Assembly (NCBI GenBank): GCA_963835885.1
Contig: CAWIHF010000029.1
Span: 6,901-70,900 of the forward strand
DNA: 64,000 nt
From: an uncultured Alphaproteobacteria bacterium
GTDB taxonomy: Bacteria; Pseudomonadota; Alphaproteobacteria; Rhizobiales; Beijerinckiaceae
Direction of reading: 5' to 3'
Shown: one piece after another, positions 1 through 12,213 of the stretch
How the letters are laid out: each line of letters opens with the position of its first letter
Numbering within the stretch: the first letter of the stretch is position 1
The notes under the pieces: generated by a model
Told to the model about the DNA's origin: nothing
Seen by the model: the letters and a program-made list of their open reading frames with translations, nothing else
Database searches by the model: none
Program-made: the position numbers and the translations under genes

Positions 1-563
1 GCCCGGACGGCGGCGCGGGAGGCCCAGGCGCGTTTGACCGCGTCGGACCGGATCGCCTGCAGGTCGGCGGTCATCTCGCGCGCCAGAAGCTCGACGAGAC
101 CTGCGCCCATGATCGCGATCGTGTGGCGCTCGCTCGAGAAGGAGGGATCGACGTTGTCGAACTGGGCGCTCTCGAAGCCTTCCGACACGAAGGCGTTGGA
201 GACGTCGTCTCCCGAGCCGCCCTCGACCGGGTCGTTGTGACAGCCGAAGCAGGAGTTGGCGTCGGGGCCGCTGGTTCGGGTGAAGGGCGGGTTGACCCCG
301 GTCTTGCGTCGGGTCGGGATGATCGCCTGGGTCGCCTTCGGACGGCCGGCGCCATCGACGGTGGTGAATTTCGCCTTGAAGAGCTCGCGCCCGCGCTCGA
401 TCAGCGCGGGGAGCGCCGCAGGGCCGGCGGCGGCGACCGAATCGAAATCGATGTGCGAGCCCGGAGGGAAGACGCGTTCGTCCCAGCTTCCGGCAAACGC
501 AAAACCCCCCACGAGGACGGCGAGCGCGCCGAGCGCTGCGGAAACTCCCCGGCTCTTTTTCAT
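1..563 (-). CDS. Secreted c-type heme protein, probable di-heme oxidoreductase (DHOR/DUF1111-like); 3' end runs off the window
   Basis: Not in the ORF track. Manual translation from ATG at 563 (purine-rich RBS upstream) gives MKKSRGVSAALGALAVLVGGFAFAGSWD...GRELFKAKFT...DANSCFGCHNDP...GAGLVELLAREMT, with a signal peptide, a CxxCH motif and an open frame to position 1. Confidence 0.7.
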   Translation of the reverse strand, partial: MKKSRGVSAALGALAVLVGGFAFAGSWDERVFPPGSHIDFDSVAAAGPAALPALIERGRELFKAKFTTVDGAGRPKATQAIIPTRRKTGVNPPFTRTSGPDANSCFGCHNDPVEGGSGDDVSNAFVSEGFESAQFDNVDPSFSSERHTIAIMGAGLVELLAREMTADLQAIRSDAVKRAWASRAAVR

Positions 564-681
564 CTCTCTCCCCTCCGACCAAGAAGGCGTGTCGCTCGCT
601 TCTCTTTGTCACTTTTTGTCACGCTCCGGGTCGGGCCGGCAAGCGCAATCGCTTCCCTCGAAGCGGGCGAACTTCAAAAAA

Positions 682-697
682 TGAGTTGCGCACATCA
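682..697. promoter_or_regulatory. Candidate LacI-family operator (autoregulatory)
   Basis: Imperfect palindrome TGAGTTGCGCACATCA (12/16 self-complementary, central CG) about 37 bp upstream of the LacI-family gene. Confidence 0.4.
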
Positions 698-733
698 GCG
701 CTGATTGCTAGTCAAGCCGGCGAAGAGGACGGC

Positions 734-1759
734 ATGGCGGCGGGCCACCTCACTTTGAAGGATATCGCTCGGGAGGCGGGAGTGAGCGTGGCGACCCTCG
801 ACCGCGTGCTGCACGGCCGCGCCGGCGTGCGCGAGGACACGGCGCGGCGGGTTCGCGCGACGATCGACCGGTTCGGCTTTCGCCCCTCCGCGGCTGCGGC
901 GGAACTCGCGCGCGGCCGCGCGTATCGGTTCGCCCTCGTCATGCCGGAGGGATCCAACGCCTTCATGCAGGCGATCCAGGCCAATGTCGGCGGGCTGTCC
1001 GGCTGGCTCGGCGCCTGGCGCGTCAGCGTCGAGACGATCGCAGCCGACGTCTTCAACCCGGCGGCGCTCGCGAGCGCGCTCGAATCGCTCGCCGGGCGCT
1101 ACGACGGAATTGCGGTGGTGGCGCTCGATCACCAGAGCGTGCGCGCCGCGATCGACGACCTGGTCGCCGGCGGGACCCATGTCGTCACCCTCGTCTCCGA
1201 CGTGCCGGGCTCCCGACGCCATCACTATGTCGGCATCGACAATGTCGCCGCCGGCCGGACCGCCGGGTCGCTGATCGGACGCTTCCTCGGCGCGCGAACG
1301 GGCGAGGTCGGGGTCGTCGCGGGTTCGCTGTCGCTGCGCGACCACGCCGAGCGGATCTTCGGCTTCAATCAAGTGATGAGCCTCGAATATCCTGGCCTCT
1401 CGGTTCTCGCCCCCGTCGAGGGCGGCGATCAGGACGACGTCAGCGGGGCCCTCGCGGCGAGGCTGCTTGCCGATCATCCTGATCTCGTCGGCCTCTACAA
1501 CGCCGGCGCGGGCGCGGCCGGCATCGCCAAGGCGATCGCCGACGCCGGGCGCGACGCCGTGTTTGTCGCTCACGACCTCACCCCGGCCACCCGCCGCGCC
1601 CTCATCCGCGGGACCCTGGACGCGGTCATCGCGCAGGACCCTGGGCACGAGGCGCGCTCGGCCGTCCGGGTGCTCATGGCGCTCGCCCGCAACGAGCCCA
1701 TTCTGGCCGAGCAGGAGAAGATCCGGATCGACATCGTCTTGAGGGACAATCTGCCGTGA
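734..1759 (+). CDS. LacI family transcriptional regulator
   Basis: N-terminal HTH TLKDIAREAGVSVATLDRVLHGR followed by a periplasmic-binding-protein-like sugar domain; ATG at 734 after a GAGGA RBS. Confidence 0.95.
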   Translation: MAAGHLTLKDIAREAGVSVATLDRVLHGRAGVREDTARRVRATIDRFGFRPSAAAAELARGRAYRFALVMPEGSNAFMQAIQANVGGLSGWLGAWRVSVETIAADVFNPAALASALESLAGRYDGIAVVALDHQSVRAAIDDLVAGGTHVVTLVSDVPGSRRHHYVGIDNVAAGRTAGSLIGRFLGARTGEVGVVAGSLSLRDHAERIFGFNQVMSLEYPGLSVLAPVEGGDQDDVSGALAARLLADHPDLVGLYNAGAGAAGIAKAIADAGRDAVFVAHDLTPATRRALIRGTLDAVIAQDPGHEARSAVRVLMALARNEPILAEQEKIRIDIVLRDNLP

Positions 1760-1928
1760 GCGACGCGCCTCACGCTCCGGCGCCGGAAACCCCGGTCGTT
1801 CAAGTGTCAACTGGTTGCGTTACGGCTGCAACGCGGATTAATGTGCGGCGGCCGCAAGGGCTGTCCGGCGGGACAGCGATAAACAGCTTTTGGCCGGTCC
1901 TCGAGGGACCTTGAGTGGAGGAAATGGG

Positions 1929-2978
1929 ATGAAACTAACAAAATCATTGGTGCTGGGGGCGGCGCTTCTCGCCTCCGCGAGCCTGACGGCGATCGCGGCG
2001 ATGGCGAAAGACATCACCGTCGGCGTCTCGTGGTCGAACTTCCAGGAGGAGCGCTGGAAGACGGACGAGGCGGCGATCAAGCAGGTGCTTGACAAGGCGG
2101 GGGCGAAGTACATTTCGGCCGACGCGCAGGCCAATCCGACCAAGCAGCTCGCCGACGTCGAGGACCTGATCGCCAAGGGAGCCGACGTGCTCCTCGTCCT
2201 GGCGATGGACAACGAGGCGATCTTGCCGGCGGTCAAGAAGGCGACCGACGAGGGCATTCCGGTTATCGCCTATGACCGCCTGATTGAGAGCCCGAACGTG
2301 CTCTACATCACCTTCGACAACATCGGCGTCGGCCGCACGATGGCGAAGGTCATCGAAAAGGCGAAGCCCGCGGGCAACTACGCCTTCATCAAGGGCGACA
2401 AGGGCGACGCCAACGCGAACTTCCTGTTCTCGGGCATCATGGAAGTGCTGAAGCCGGCGATCGACTCGGGCAAGATCAAGAACGTCGGCGAGACCTACAC
2501 AGACGGGTGGAAGCCCGACAATGCGCAAAAGGAAATGGAGCAGATCCTCACCAAGAACAACAACAAGGTCGACGCGGTCGTGGCCGAGAACGACGGCATG
2601 GCGGGCGGCGTCGTCGCGGCGCTGCGCGCGCAGGGTCTGGCCGGCGTCGTGCCGGTCTCCGGCCAGGACGGCGACCACGCGGCGATCAACCGGATCGCGC
2701 TCGGAACCCAGACCGTCTCGATCTGGAAGGACTCGCGCGACCTCGGCCACACCGCCGCCGCGGCGGCGATCGAGCTGGCCCAGGGCAAGAAGCGCACCCA
2801 GATCCCCGACGTGAAGCCCTTTTCCGGCGGACCAAAGCACATGAAGATCGACGGCATCCTCCTGACACCGCTCGCCGTGACCAAGGACAACCTCAACGTG
2901 ATCGTCGACAAGGGCTGGATCACGAAAGTGGAGGTCTGCGCCGGGGTGGATCCGGCAAAGACGCCCTACTGCAAGTGA
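1929..2978 (+). CDS. xylF: D-xylose/glucose ABC transporter substrate-binding protein
   Basis: Signal peptide; motifs [22 protein letters not shown] and VSGQDGD. Confidence 0.9.
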   Translation: MKLTKSLVLGAALLASASLTAIAAMAKDITVGVSWSNFQEERWKTDEAAIKQVLDKAGAKYISADAQANPTKQLADVEDLIAKGADVLLVLAMDNEAILPAVKKATDEGIPVIAYDRLIESPNVLYITFDNIGVGRTMAKVIEKAKPAGNYAFIKGDKGDANANFLFSGIMEVLKPAIDSGKIKNVGETYTDGWKPDNAQKEMEQILTKNNNKVDAVVAENDGMAGGVVAALRAQGLAGVVPVSGQDGDHAAINRIALGTQTVSIWKDSRDLGHTAAAAAIELAQGKKRTQIPDVKPFSGGPKHMKIDGILLTPLAVTKDNLNVIVDKGWITKVEVCAGVDPAKTPYCK

Positions 2979-3115
2979 CTTGACCGAATTTGGTCGAGTG
3001 AGACAATGAGCGCCGCGCCGTCACGACGGCGGCGCGGCGTCTCTCTTCACAAAACGCACGCCAGCGCCAGCACGGCGGCGCCGAACGAAAGCGAAAACGA
3101 AGCAAGGGAGAGACC

Positions 3116-4441
<1,326 letters not shown>

Positions 4442-4444
4442 GCC

Positions 4445-5230
4445 ATGAACGCTGCCGTTCAAACACCGCTCGTCGAAATGAAGGACATCTCGCTCGCCTT
4501 CGGCGGCGTGAAGGCTGTCGATCACGCCTATCTCGACGTCTATCCCGGCGAGGTCATGGGCCTGCTCGGCCACAACGGCGCCGGCAAGTCCTGCCTGATC
4601 AAGATCTTGTCCGGCGCCTACAAGCGCGACGGCGGGCAGATCTTCATCAACGGGAAGGAAGCGCAGATCAACAATCCGCGCGACGCCAAGAATTACGGTA
4701 TCGAGACAGTCTATCAGGCGCTGGCGCTCGCTGACAACGTCGACGCGGCGTCGAACCTCTATCTTGGTCGAGAATTGCTGACCGCTTGGGGTACGCTCGA
4801 CGATTCTGCGATGGAGTTGGAGGCACGCAAGGTGATGGGGCGGCTGAATCCCAATTTCCGCCGCTTCAAGGAGCCGGTGATCTCGCTCTCCGGCGGCCAG
4901 CGACAGTCGGTCGCCATCGCCCGCGCGATCCACTTCAACGCCAAGATCCTGATCATGGACGAGCCGACCGCGGCGCTCGGGCCGGCCGAGACCGCGCAGG
5001 TCGGCGAGCTCGTCAAGCAGCTCAAGGCCGAGGGCCTCGGCATCTTCCTCATCAGCCACGACATCCACGACGTTTTCGACCTCGCCGACCGTGTGACGGT
5101 GATGAAGAACGGCCAGATCGTCGGCAGCGGCCGGGTCGAGGACATGACCAAGGACGAAGTGCTCGGCATGATTATCCTCGGCAAATGCCCGCCCGGCGCG
5201 ATCCCGGGACCGGGGGCGATGGCGAGCTAG
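4445..5230 (+). CDS. Sugar ABC transporter ATP-binding protein (single NBD)
   Basis: Walker A GHNGAGKS, signature LSGGQRQ, Walker B ILIMDEPT. Confidence 0.95.
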   Translation: MNAAVQTPLVEMKDISLAFGGVKAVDHAYLDVYPGEVMGLLGHNGAGKSCLIKILSGAYKRDGGQIFINGKEAQINNPRDAKNYGIETVYQALALADNVDAASNLYLGRELLTAWGTLDDSAMELEARKVMGRLNPNFRRFKEPVISLSGGQRQSVAIARAIHFNAKILIMDEPTAALGPAETAQVGELVKQLKAEGLGIFLISHDIHDVFDLADRVTVMKNGQIVGSGRVEDMTKDEVLGMIILGKCPPGAIPGPGAMAS

Positions 5231-6080
5231 CGGGTCGCCATTGCGCGTGCGTCGAGAATCGCGCGTGCGAAGTCTTCCGGCCGCTCCTGCGGAAGGTTGT
5301 GGCCGGCGCCGCTGAACACCCGATGCTCAAGCGGCCCGACGAACTTCGCCGCGTGATGCGCGGTCCCGGGGTTCACGCCGTCGGCGTCGCCATCGATGGT
5401 GATCGTTGAAACCTTGATCGGCGGCTGCTTCGCGAGGGCTGCCTCGATTGGCGCATAGGCCGGGTCTCCGGCGACGAGTTCGTAGCGATGCCGGTAGGAA
5501 TGGACGACGACCTCGACGAAGTCGGGGTTGTCGAAGGCGGCGGCCGTGCGTTCGAACGTCGCCTCGTCGAAGGCCCAGGTCGGCGACCACATCCGCCACA
5601 AAAGATGGGCGATCCCGCGCCGATCCTTGGCAAGACCCCGCCGACCGCGCTCGCAATGAAAGTAATACTGGTACCAGAAGGCGGCCTCTTCGAACGGCGC
5701 CGCCGGCTCCATCGCGCGAGCGGTGTCCTGGATGTTGTACGAATTGCCGGAGACGAGCGCGACGACCCGCCCGGGCCAAAGCGCCGAGACGGCGCAGGCC
5801 GCCCGCCCGCCCCAGTCATAGCCGGCTAGGACCGCGCGCTCGATGCGGAGCGCATCCATCAGCGCGAGGCAGTCGGCGCCGAGCGCCGCCTGTTCGCCCG
5901 AGCGGGGCGTCTCAGGCGCGATGAACCGGGTCGGCCCGTAGCCGCGCAGGTTGGGGACAATCACCCGGGCCCCGGCGCCGGCGAGAAGTGGCGTGACGTC
6001 GGCATAGGCATGAATGTCGTAGGGAAAGCCGTGACCTAGAATACACGGCCAGCCGTCCGCGCACCCGCACTCATCATACT
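5227..6080 (-). CDS. Alpha/beta hydrolase (epoxide hydrolase-like); native N-terminus apparently replaced
   Basis: Motifs HGFPYD, GYDWGG and GAGHNLPQE. Similarity to the paralog at 23662-24561 begins only at about 6080. Confidence 0.75.
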
Positions 6081-6389
6081 GATCCTCGCCATCATTTTCT
6101 CCCTGATCGGGCTTCTGCTCACCGCCAAAGCCGCGCACCTGGTGCAGTTTCTCGTGGCGGCCCAGCCCGCGGCGGACTTGCAGCCCATCTTCGATGAATA
6201 CTTGATTTGGGGCGTTGATTTTCGCGCCGGGGCCGACGCTGTGGCGTTTGTCGCCGTTGTTTGGACGCTCTCAGGTCTGGGCGTCTCCGCCGCGGCGGAA
6301 AGTCATAGCGCCGCCGATGCTCTGGCCGTCAACGACAAGGCCGCAGCAGGCGCCGCTACTCTGGCAACGTCTCCAACGGATTGATGACC

Positions 6390-6984
6390 CGATCGTCCGG
6401 CTGCGCATAGAGATCGAAGCCGTCGCTGCGCAACGTCATGAACGGCACGCCCGGCGTCACTTCGCTGTCGCCGGCGTTGAGCTTCGTCAGGAACGGGCCG
6501 CGCCCGCTATATTCGCTGCCGAGCAGCCCCATCGGTCGCCCAGACGCCGTGGTTGGGCGTGCCGCCGAGCACCGCCTGCGTGACGCTCCCCGGATTGGCC
6601 GCAACGTAGCCGCGCGTCGAATAGCCGCCGCGCGACAGCGCGACGATCGCGACCTTCGCCGGTCCCGGTTTGGGCTTTGACGCCGTCGATGAATGCGGTC
6701 AGCTCGCGCAACTGGTCCTGCGTCGAAGAGCGGTTCGGCTGCGCAACGCTATCGTCGTCGCGCGCCTGAGGATCGGTGAAACTGATCGCAAACAGATGGT
6801 CTCTCGGGTACCCGTTGCTTTCGAATCGCCAGATCTGCGTCTCCCAGGTCGCGGCCAGATCGCTGTCGCCATGCACGAAGACGATCGGAACCGACGGTTG
6901 ATCCTCGGCGAAAGCCGTCGGGGTGAACCCGGCGAGCGCGAGCGCGGTCGTCCCCTGAAGAAAGCGACGACGGTTCAACAACAT
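6390..6984 (-). pseudogene. Tat-exported lipase/esterase-like alpha/beta hydrolase, frameshifted and C-terminally truncated
   Basis: NRRRFLQG Tat signal and PIVFVHGD. Nucleophile elbow ALSRGG and GTPNHG lie in shifted frames; similarity ends after YAQPD (about 6395). Confidence 0.7.
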
Positions 6985-7134
6985 CGGCGTTCCTCCCTGA
7001 TTTCGCTTGGCCTATCAGCCCGAAGCGACTGTAAGCAGGGTCGCGCGACATCGCAAAGACGCCGTGCCTCAAAGGCGGACGGCGCGGCGAAGTGTTGGCG
7101 CAGGGTACGCCGGAGTGCCCAGCTTGTTGCGAAA

Positions 7135-7183
7135 TGGGGCGCCCGACAGGATTCGAACCCGGGGCCTCTGCCTTCGGGGGGCA
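7135..7183 (-). other. Degenerate 3' half of tRNA-Arg(CCG), a probable att-site remnant
   Basis: Minus strand TGCCCCCCGAAGGCAGAGGCCCCGGGTTCGAATCCTGTCGGGCGCCCCA contains an anticodon arm (CCG), a GGTTCGAATCC T-loop and CCA; no D arm or 5' acceptor strand upstream. Confidence 0.8.
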
Positions 7184-7294
7184 AGAGAAAGACGTCATAC
7201 TCAATCGGCATTGGTCTTGCCTGTCACGGCGAAATATCCCATTGACATATCCCACCCCGTCATAAAAAAGGTCGACGCGATCGGGAGTACGCTC

Positions 7295-7516
7295 ATGGCC
7301 CGTACCAAACTGTTTCGCTCCAACCGGTCACAGGCGGTCCGGCTGCCAAAGGAAGTCGCTTTTCCCGAAGGCGTCAAGGACGTGACGATCCGTCGCGAGG
7401 GCGCCCGGCGGGTGATCGTCCCGGCCAACGCGGTCTGGGACGATTTCTTCGACGCGCCGGGCGTCGATCTGCCGCCGCGCGATCAGCCGCCCGCCCAGGA
7501 GCGCGAGACGCTCTGA
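7295..7516 (+). CDS. vapB: VapB antitoxin (AbrB/MazE type)
   Basis: MARTKLFRSNRSQAVRLPKEVAF; stop overlaps the vapC start (TGATG). Confidence 0.92.
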   Translation: MARTKLFRSNRSQAVRLPKEVAFPEGVKDVTIRREGARRVIVPANAVWDDFFDAPGVDLPPRDQPPAQERETL

Positions 7517-7914
7517 TGCTCCGCTTCCTGCTCGACACGAATCTTTGCATTCGGGTCCTGAGAGACCGCCCGCCGTCGTTGCGCGGGCGCTTCAATCAAG
7601 AGGCCGACGCTCTCGCGCTCTCGACCATCGTCCTGACAGAACTGCTTCACGGCGCAGCGAAATCGGCGCGGCCCGAAGCCAATCGCCGTGAGGTCGAAAA
7701 CTTCGCCTCGCGGGTCGAAGTCCTCGCCTATGACGCCGGCGCGGCCTATCACGCCGCGGACATTCGCGCGACGCTCGAGCGACAGGGGCGAGCCATCGGG
7801 GGCTATGACATCTTGATCGCCGGCCATGCGCGCAGCCGCGGACTGATCGTCGTTACCGGCACTCGGGGCGAGTTCGATCGGGTCGACGGTTTGAGGTGCG
7901 AAAACTGGGGATAG
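7516..7914 (+). CDS. vapC: VapC PIN-domain toxin (enteric VapC/MvpT-like)
   Basis: Motifs FLLDTNLCI, TELLHG and IGGYDILIAGHARSRGLIVVT. Confidence 0.93.
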   Translation: MLRFLLDTNLCIRVLRDRPPSLRGRFNQEADALALSTIVLTELLHGAAKSARPEANRREVENFASRVEVLAYDAGAAYHAADIRATLERQGRAIGGYDILIAGHARSRGLIVVTGTRGEFDRVDGLRCENWG

Positions 7915-8611
7915 GGGACGGCCGGGTCTTCTCGGCTTTCCGCTCCTCGGAATAACTCCCTGTTCTTTCCATCTAAACCGAACTTCCGAAAGCGCCGGTG
8001 TGACTGGGATCTCGTAAGTGACTCAATCGACTCAACAATTCGATAAAATTTCTACCGGTGGTTGTACGCAGTGTAGGCATGACTCGCGACATGTAGGTCT
8101 TTGAACTGGCTCGCTTTTCATCTGTTGCCACTGTAGGCAGCAATGGGTGGTCAAAGCAGGCTAACTAAGTGCCTATCCCAATTCGATAATTTGCAACGTC
8201 GACCGTGTTTTGCATCGGAAGTTCAGTCTAAATTCCCTGATCCCGCGTAACGAGTTCCCTGTTCGCTCGCTTCGAGTTCCCTGCTCCTCACCTCAATTTG
8301 GCTTAGGCGCTAATGATCGATGTTGGCGTTGCGCTTCATCGGGGGCCTGTCGAGACCCGCCTTGCATACGTTCGGCGCCTCGATCATGCGGCGCTCGCGG
8401 AGCGTCTCGAAAGCTGGTGTCCCGGGCCCCACGAAGACAGGCGCAAATGCGCAATGAAATGAAAGGACGTGATGGTAACCATGTAGGAACATTTAATGAA
8501 CATTGTGGTTTCCTTGAAGGCAAACCATGCTATCGTCGCGTTGACATCGACGACGCTCTGCCCTTTCGACCACTCATTGCGTTGGCCAAACCGTTGAAAT
8601 CTTTAACTTTG

Positions 8612-9777
8612 TGTCGTGCGGCACGAGGCGCAGGCGTGCCGGCTTTGTCTGGCGGGGCTGACGGTTTCGATGCAGCGGGACGTGGAGAGGCGGCAGGTGT
8701 TCGATCTGCCTGACCGGCTGATCGAGGTCACGGAGCATCAGGCCTCGGTCTATTGCTGCGCGGCGTGCGGCGGAGAGACGAAAGCCGCGTTTCCCGCGGG
8801 CGTCGCCTCGCCGGCGCAATACGGGGAGCGCGTCAGGGCGGCGGCGGTCTATCTCAACGTCCATCAGCTCATTCCCGAAGATCGGGTCGCCGAAGCGATG
8901 GGCGATCTGTTCGGAGCATTGCGTCTATGCTCGCAAAGCGTGGCCGATTGGGTGCGCGGCAAGGCTGCGGCGCTCGCGCCGGTGGCGGCGCAGATCGCGG
9001 CGCTCGCGGCGCAAGCGCCGGTGCGCTGCCTCGATGAAACCGGCTTCCGCGTCGCCGGCAAGGGACAATGGCTGCACACCGTCGCCACGGAAACCCTGAC
9101 CCACTATCGCGTGTCGGCCAAACGCGGCGAGATGCCGGAGGGGCTCACGGGCGGAGTTGCGGTTCATGACGGCTTCAAGTCTTACTCCGGGCTCACCGAC
9201 GTCCGTCATGCGCTGTGCAACGCCCATCATCTGCGCGAACTGAAGGCGCTGGTCGAGATCGACCGGGAGCCGTGGGCCGCACCCATGCGCGATCTCTTGC
9301 TCGAGGCCAATCGAGCCGTCGAGAACGCGCGCGAGGCGGGCGCGACCAGTCTGCCCCCGCCCGCGCTCGAGGGCTTCTTCACCCGCTACTGGGAGATCCT
9401 GCGCCAGGGTCTCGCCTTTCACCGCAACTTGCCGCGCCTTCAACGGCATCCCTCGAACCGCGGTCGGACAAAACACCGCCCCGGACACAACCTGCTCATC
9501 CGACTGCACGAGTTCAAAGACGACGTCCTGCGCTTCCTCGTCGACTTCTCCGTCCCCTTCACCAACAACCTGGCCGAACAGGCCCTGCGCATGATGAAGG
9601 TCAAGATGAAGATCTCCGGCGCCTTTCGCATCTTCGAAGCCGCCTGCGACTTCGCCGCCCTGCGATCGGTCGTCGCAACCGCCCGCAAGCGACGCTGGAA
9701 CATCCTCCAGACCCTGACCGCTCGTCCTCACGCCCTCATTCGCGCCCTGGCGGCATAGCCACCAGCTTGGGAGTTAC
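8612..9777 (+). mobile_element. IS66-family element (ISBst12-like), 5'-truncated; transposase ORF 8616-9758
   Basis: Zn-finger region (CRLC...CAACG), LDETGFRV, HDG, CNAHHLREL and FTNNLAEQALRMMKVKMKISG. The right end closes with GAGTTAC (GTAAC on the minus strand); the N-terminal coiled coil and left end are missing. Confidence 0.88.
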
Positions 9778-10068
9778 AAATCTTGCTCGAAACACGGACA
9801 AGTCCTTGAAAAGGCTCGTTACGGCAATGGCTGGATCTTGTTACGATTTGGCATGCATTTGGCGGCGGCGCCCCACCTGCTTGGGGGCGGCGCCACAACG
9901 GCGCCGCTGGAACGGGTCGACCCCGGACCCGCCAACCCTTTGGAGATCGGACGGAGGGGTCGGAGTTTGGCGGCTGACCCGTTGAAATCTCGCTCACGAT
10001 CTCGTGATTACGCCCCCGATCCCGGAGGCGCCGAGGCGCGCCGTCGTTTTGGGACGCGCTCTGACCAC

Positions 10069-10716
10069 TCACGCCGCCTTGCGGCGCGCGATCTCCGCCC
10101 GGAACAACGGAACCTCGGTCGCAAGCGCCGCGGCGACGCTGGGGCGCGCGCGCATCCGCTCGAGATAGGCCTTCACGTTCGGATAGGCCGCGAGATCGAT
10201 CTCCGGCGTCGCCTGCGTCCAGTTGAGCAGGGTGGCGAGATAGGCGTCGGCGACGCTGAAGCTTTCGAGCAGGAACTCGCGGCCCGCAAGCCTGTCGTTC
10301 AGATAGGCGAGGCGCGAGGCGTATTTCTTCACGGTCCAGCCTTTGACCTCGGCGGGCGTCTCGCGGCCGAGCAGCGGCGTCATCAGGGCCTTGTGCAATT
10401 CGGTCGAGATGAAGCTCAGCCACTGGCGGAGCCTCGCGCGGCCCAAACGATCGGACTCGGGTGGCGCGAGCTTCGCCCCGGGAAAGGCGTCGGCGACATC
10501 TTGCAGGATCGCGGCGTTCTCGGTCAGCACGGTACCGTCGTCGAGGCGAAGCGCCGGCACATAGCCGAGCGGATTGATTGCGCGATAGTCCTCGCCGGTC
10601 GCCAGCACGCGTTTTGTGTTCGGGTCGACCTCGACCAGATCGACGTGCGCGTTCGCCTCGGCGAAGACGATGCGCGCCGACATCGAACAGGCGAGCGGGG
10701 AAAAGAACAGCTCCAT
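10069..10716 (-). CDS. Glutathione S-transferase (beta-class-like)
   Basis: Motifs FSPLACSMS, INPLGYVPAL, LTENAAIL and FSVADAYL. Confidence 0.93.
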   Translation of the reverse strand: MELFFSPLACSMSARIVFAEANAHVDLVEVDPNTKRVLATGEDYRAINPLGYVPALRLDDGTVLTENAAILQDVADAFPGAKLAPPESDRLGRARLRQWLSFISTELHKALMTPLLGRETPAEVKGWTVKKYASRLAYLNDRLAGREFLLESFSVADAYLATLLNWTQATPEIDLAAYPNVKAYLERMRARPSVAAALATEVPLFRAEIARRKAA

Positions 10717-10796
10717 GTGATTCTCCCTGGTTCTTGTGTCTGGCTATTTATGTACCTTTTCGCATATAATAGACCGCGTCAAGAGTTTTGTTCGAC

Positions 10797-11462
10797 ATGG
10801 TACAAAAATCGGAGACCTCCGCCGACGCCCGCCCGCGCAGGCCGGGCCGTCCGCGCGCGTTCGAGGCGGACACGGCCCTCGCCCGCGCGATGGACGCCTT
10901 CTGGAAAGACGGTTTCGCCGCCACGTCGCTCGACGACATCAGCGCTGCGACCGGGCTGAACCGGCCGAGCCTGTACGGCGCCTTCGGCGACAAGCGCGCG
11001 CTCTACGTCCAGGCCTATAACCGCTACCGCGAGCATGTGCGCGAAGTGTTCGCGCCGCTGTTTGCGGAAACGACGCCGCTGCGCGACAAGCTGAGGCGCA
11101 TCCTTCTTGCGGCGCTCGATCTCTATCTCAGCGGCGAGGCGGGTCCGCGCGGCTGTTTCACCGTGCTCAGCGCATCCTCCGATGCGGTCGCCGATCCGGA
11201 GATCCGCCAGATTGTCAGCGAGGCGATCGACAATTCCGACCGGGCGTTCGAGCGCCTGTTCGAGGCGGCGCGGGCCTCGGGCGAACTTCCGGCCGACGCC
11301 GATCCCCGGCGCCTGGCGCGCACGGCTTCGGCCACGATCCATACCCTGTCCATTCGGGCCCGCGCCCGCATCTCGCGCGCCGCGATCGAACCGATCGTCG
11401 ACGACGCTGTTTTGACGATCTGCGGGCCGGCGAAGCCGAGCGCACGATCAATCGCCGAATAG
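10797..11462 (+). CDS. TetR/AcrR family regulator, divergent from the GST gene
   Basis: GRPRAF...FWKDGFAATSLDDISAATGLNRPSLYGAFGDK. Confidence 0.93.
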   Translation: MVQKSETSADARPRRPGRPRAFEADTALARAMDAFWKDGFAATSLDDISAATGLNRPSLYGAFGDKRALYVQAYNRYREHVREVFAPLFAETTPLRDKLRRILLAALDLYLSGEAGPRGCFTVLSASSDAVADPEIRQIVSEAIDNSDRAFERLFEAARASGELPADADPRRLARTASATIHTLSIRARARISRAAIEPIVDDAVLTICGPAKPSARSIAE

Positions 11463-11559
11463 CGTACGAGGCCGCATTCACGGCTTGGTAAGCGCTGGTT
11501 CGCATAATCCGGCGAAAGCGCCTCGCCGCCACCGCCGGCGCGGAAAGTCTGGGTCGCCA

Positions 11560-11884
11560 ATGATCGTCGCCACGACCGAAAACGTCGCCGGGCATCGAAC
11601 CGTGCAGACGCTCGGACAATGTTTCGGGGTCGTCGTTCGCAGCCGGGGCCTCGGCGGCAACGTGATGGCGGGCCTGCGATCGATCGTCGGCGGAGAAATC
11701 CACGAATACACCCAGCTTCTCGAGGAGGCGCGCCGCCACGCCCTTTGACCGGCTTGTCCAGAACGCCACCGCCATGGGCGCCAACGCCGTCCTGATGATG
11801 CGCTACGACAGCGCCGAGATCGGCAATACGATGAGCGAGATCGTCGCCTACGGCACCGCCGCGGTGATCGAACGGGCGACGTGA
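11560..11884 (+). CDS. ybjQ: YbjQ/UPF0145 family protein (1-bp frameshift at about 11745, probably an error)
   Basis: MIVATTENVAG...GGEIHEYTQLLEEARRHA continues in a shifted frame as DRLVQNATAMGANAVLMMRYDS...EIVAYGTAAVI. Confidence 0.85.
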
Positions 11885-12123
11885 CCCGCTGCCTCGTCTT
11901 GTTCCTCTGGATCGTCGTCCCCGCCGCGCTTGTTCTGATCTGGCTCCTGTTCCGCTCCGGCGGCTACAAGCGGCGGCCTCTCGATGCGCCGCCGGGCCCG
12001 GGTTGGACCCTTAGCGGCGAACGTTTCGTGGATCCGCAGTCCGGCGTGTTGATCGAAGTCTGGTGCAACGCTCGCACCGGGGAGCGGGCTTACGTGCGGG
12101 CGCGTTCCGGCCAGCCGAACTGA
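11881..12123 (+). CDS. Small hypothetical membrane protein
   Basis: GTG start overlaps the ybjQ stop; N-terminal TM helix followed by GERFVDP...GERAYV. Confidence 0.65.
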   Translation: MTRCLVLFLWIVVPAALVLIWLLFRSGGYKRRPLDAPPGPGWTLSGERFVDPQSGVLIEVWCNARTGERAYVRARSGQPN

Positions 12124-12213
12124 ACCGTCGCGTGAAAGGCTGCGTCCGCCGTCTTAATCTTTTCGCTCCGGAGCGCTAACCTCCCGCTCAGCCAACTCCG
12201 GGAGGAAAGCCGC

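Noticed and set aside
7135-7215. Functional tRNA-Arg gene
   Set aside because: No D arm or 5' acceptor strand, and the T-stem is mismatched; kept only as an att remnant.
7915-8610. Coding gene or structured ncRNA in the AT-richer gap
   Set aside because: The short ORFs lack an RBS, motifs or host codon bias, and no convincing RNA fold was seen; only the phased motif is retained.
9780-10060. IHF-box-like motifs (AAGTCCTTGAAA, CCGTTGAAAT; similar ones at about 8590 and 52020-52200)
   Set aside because: Short degenerate matches that cannot be distinguished from chance without a genome-wide scan.
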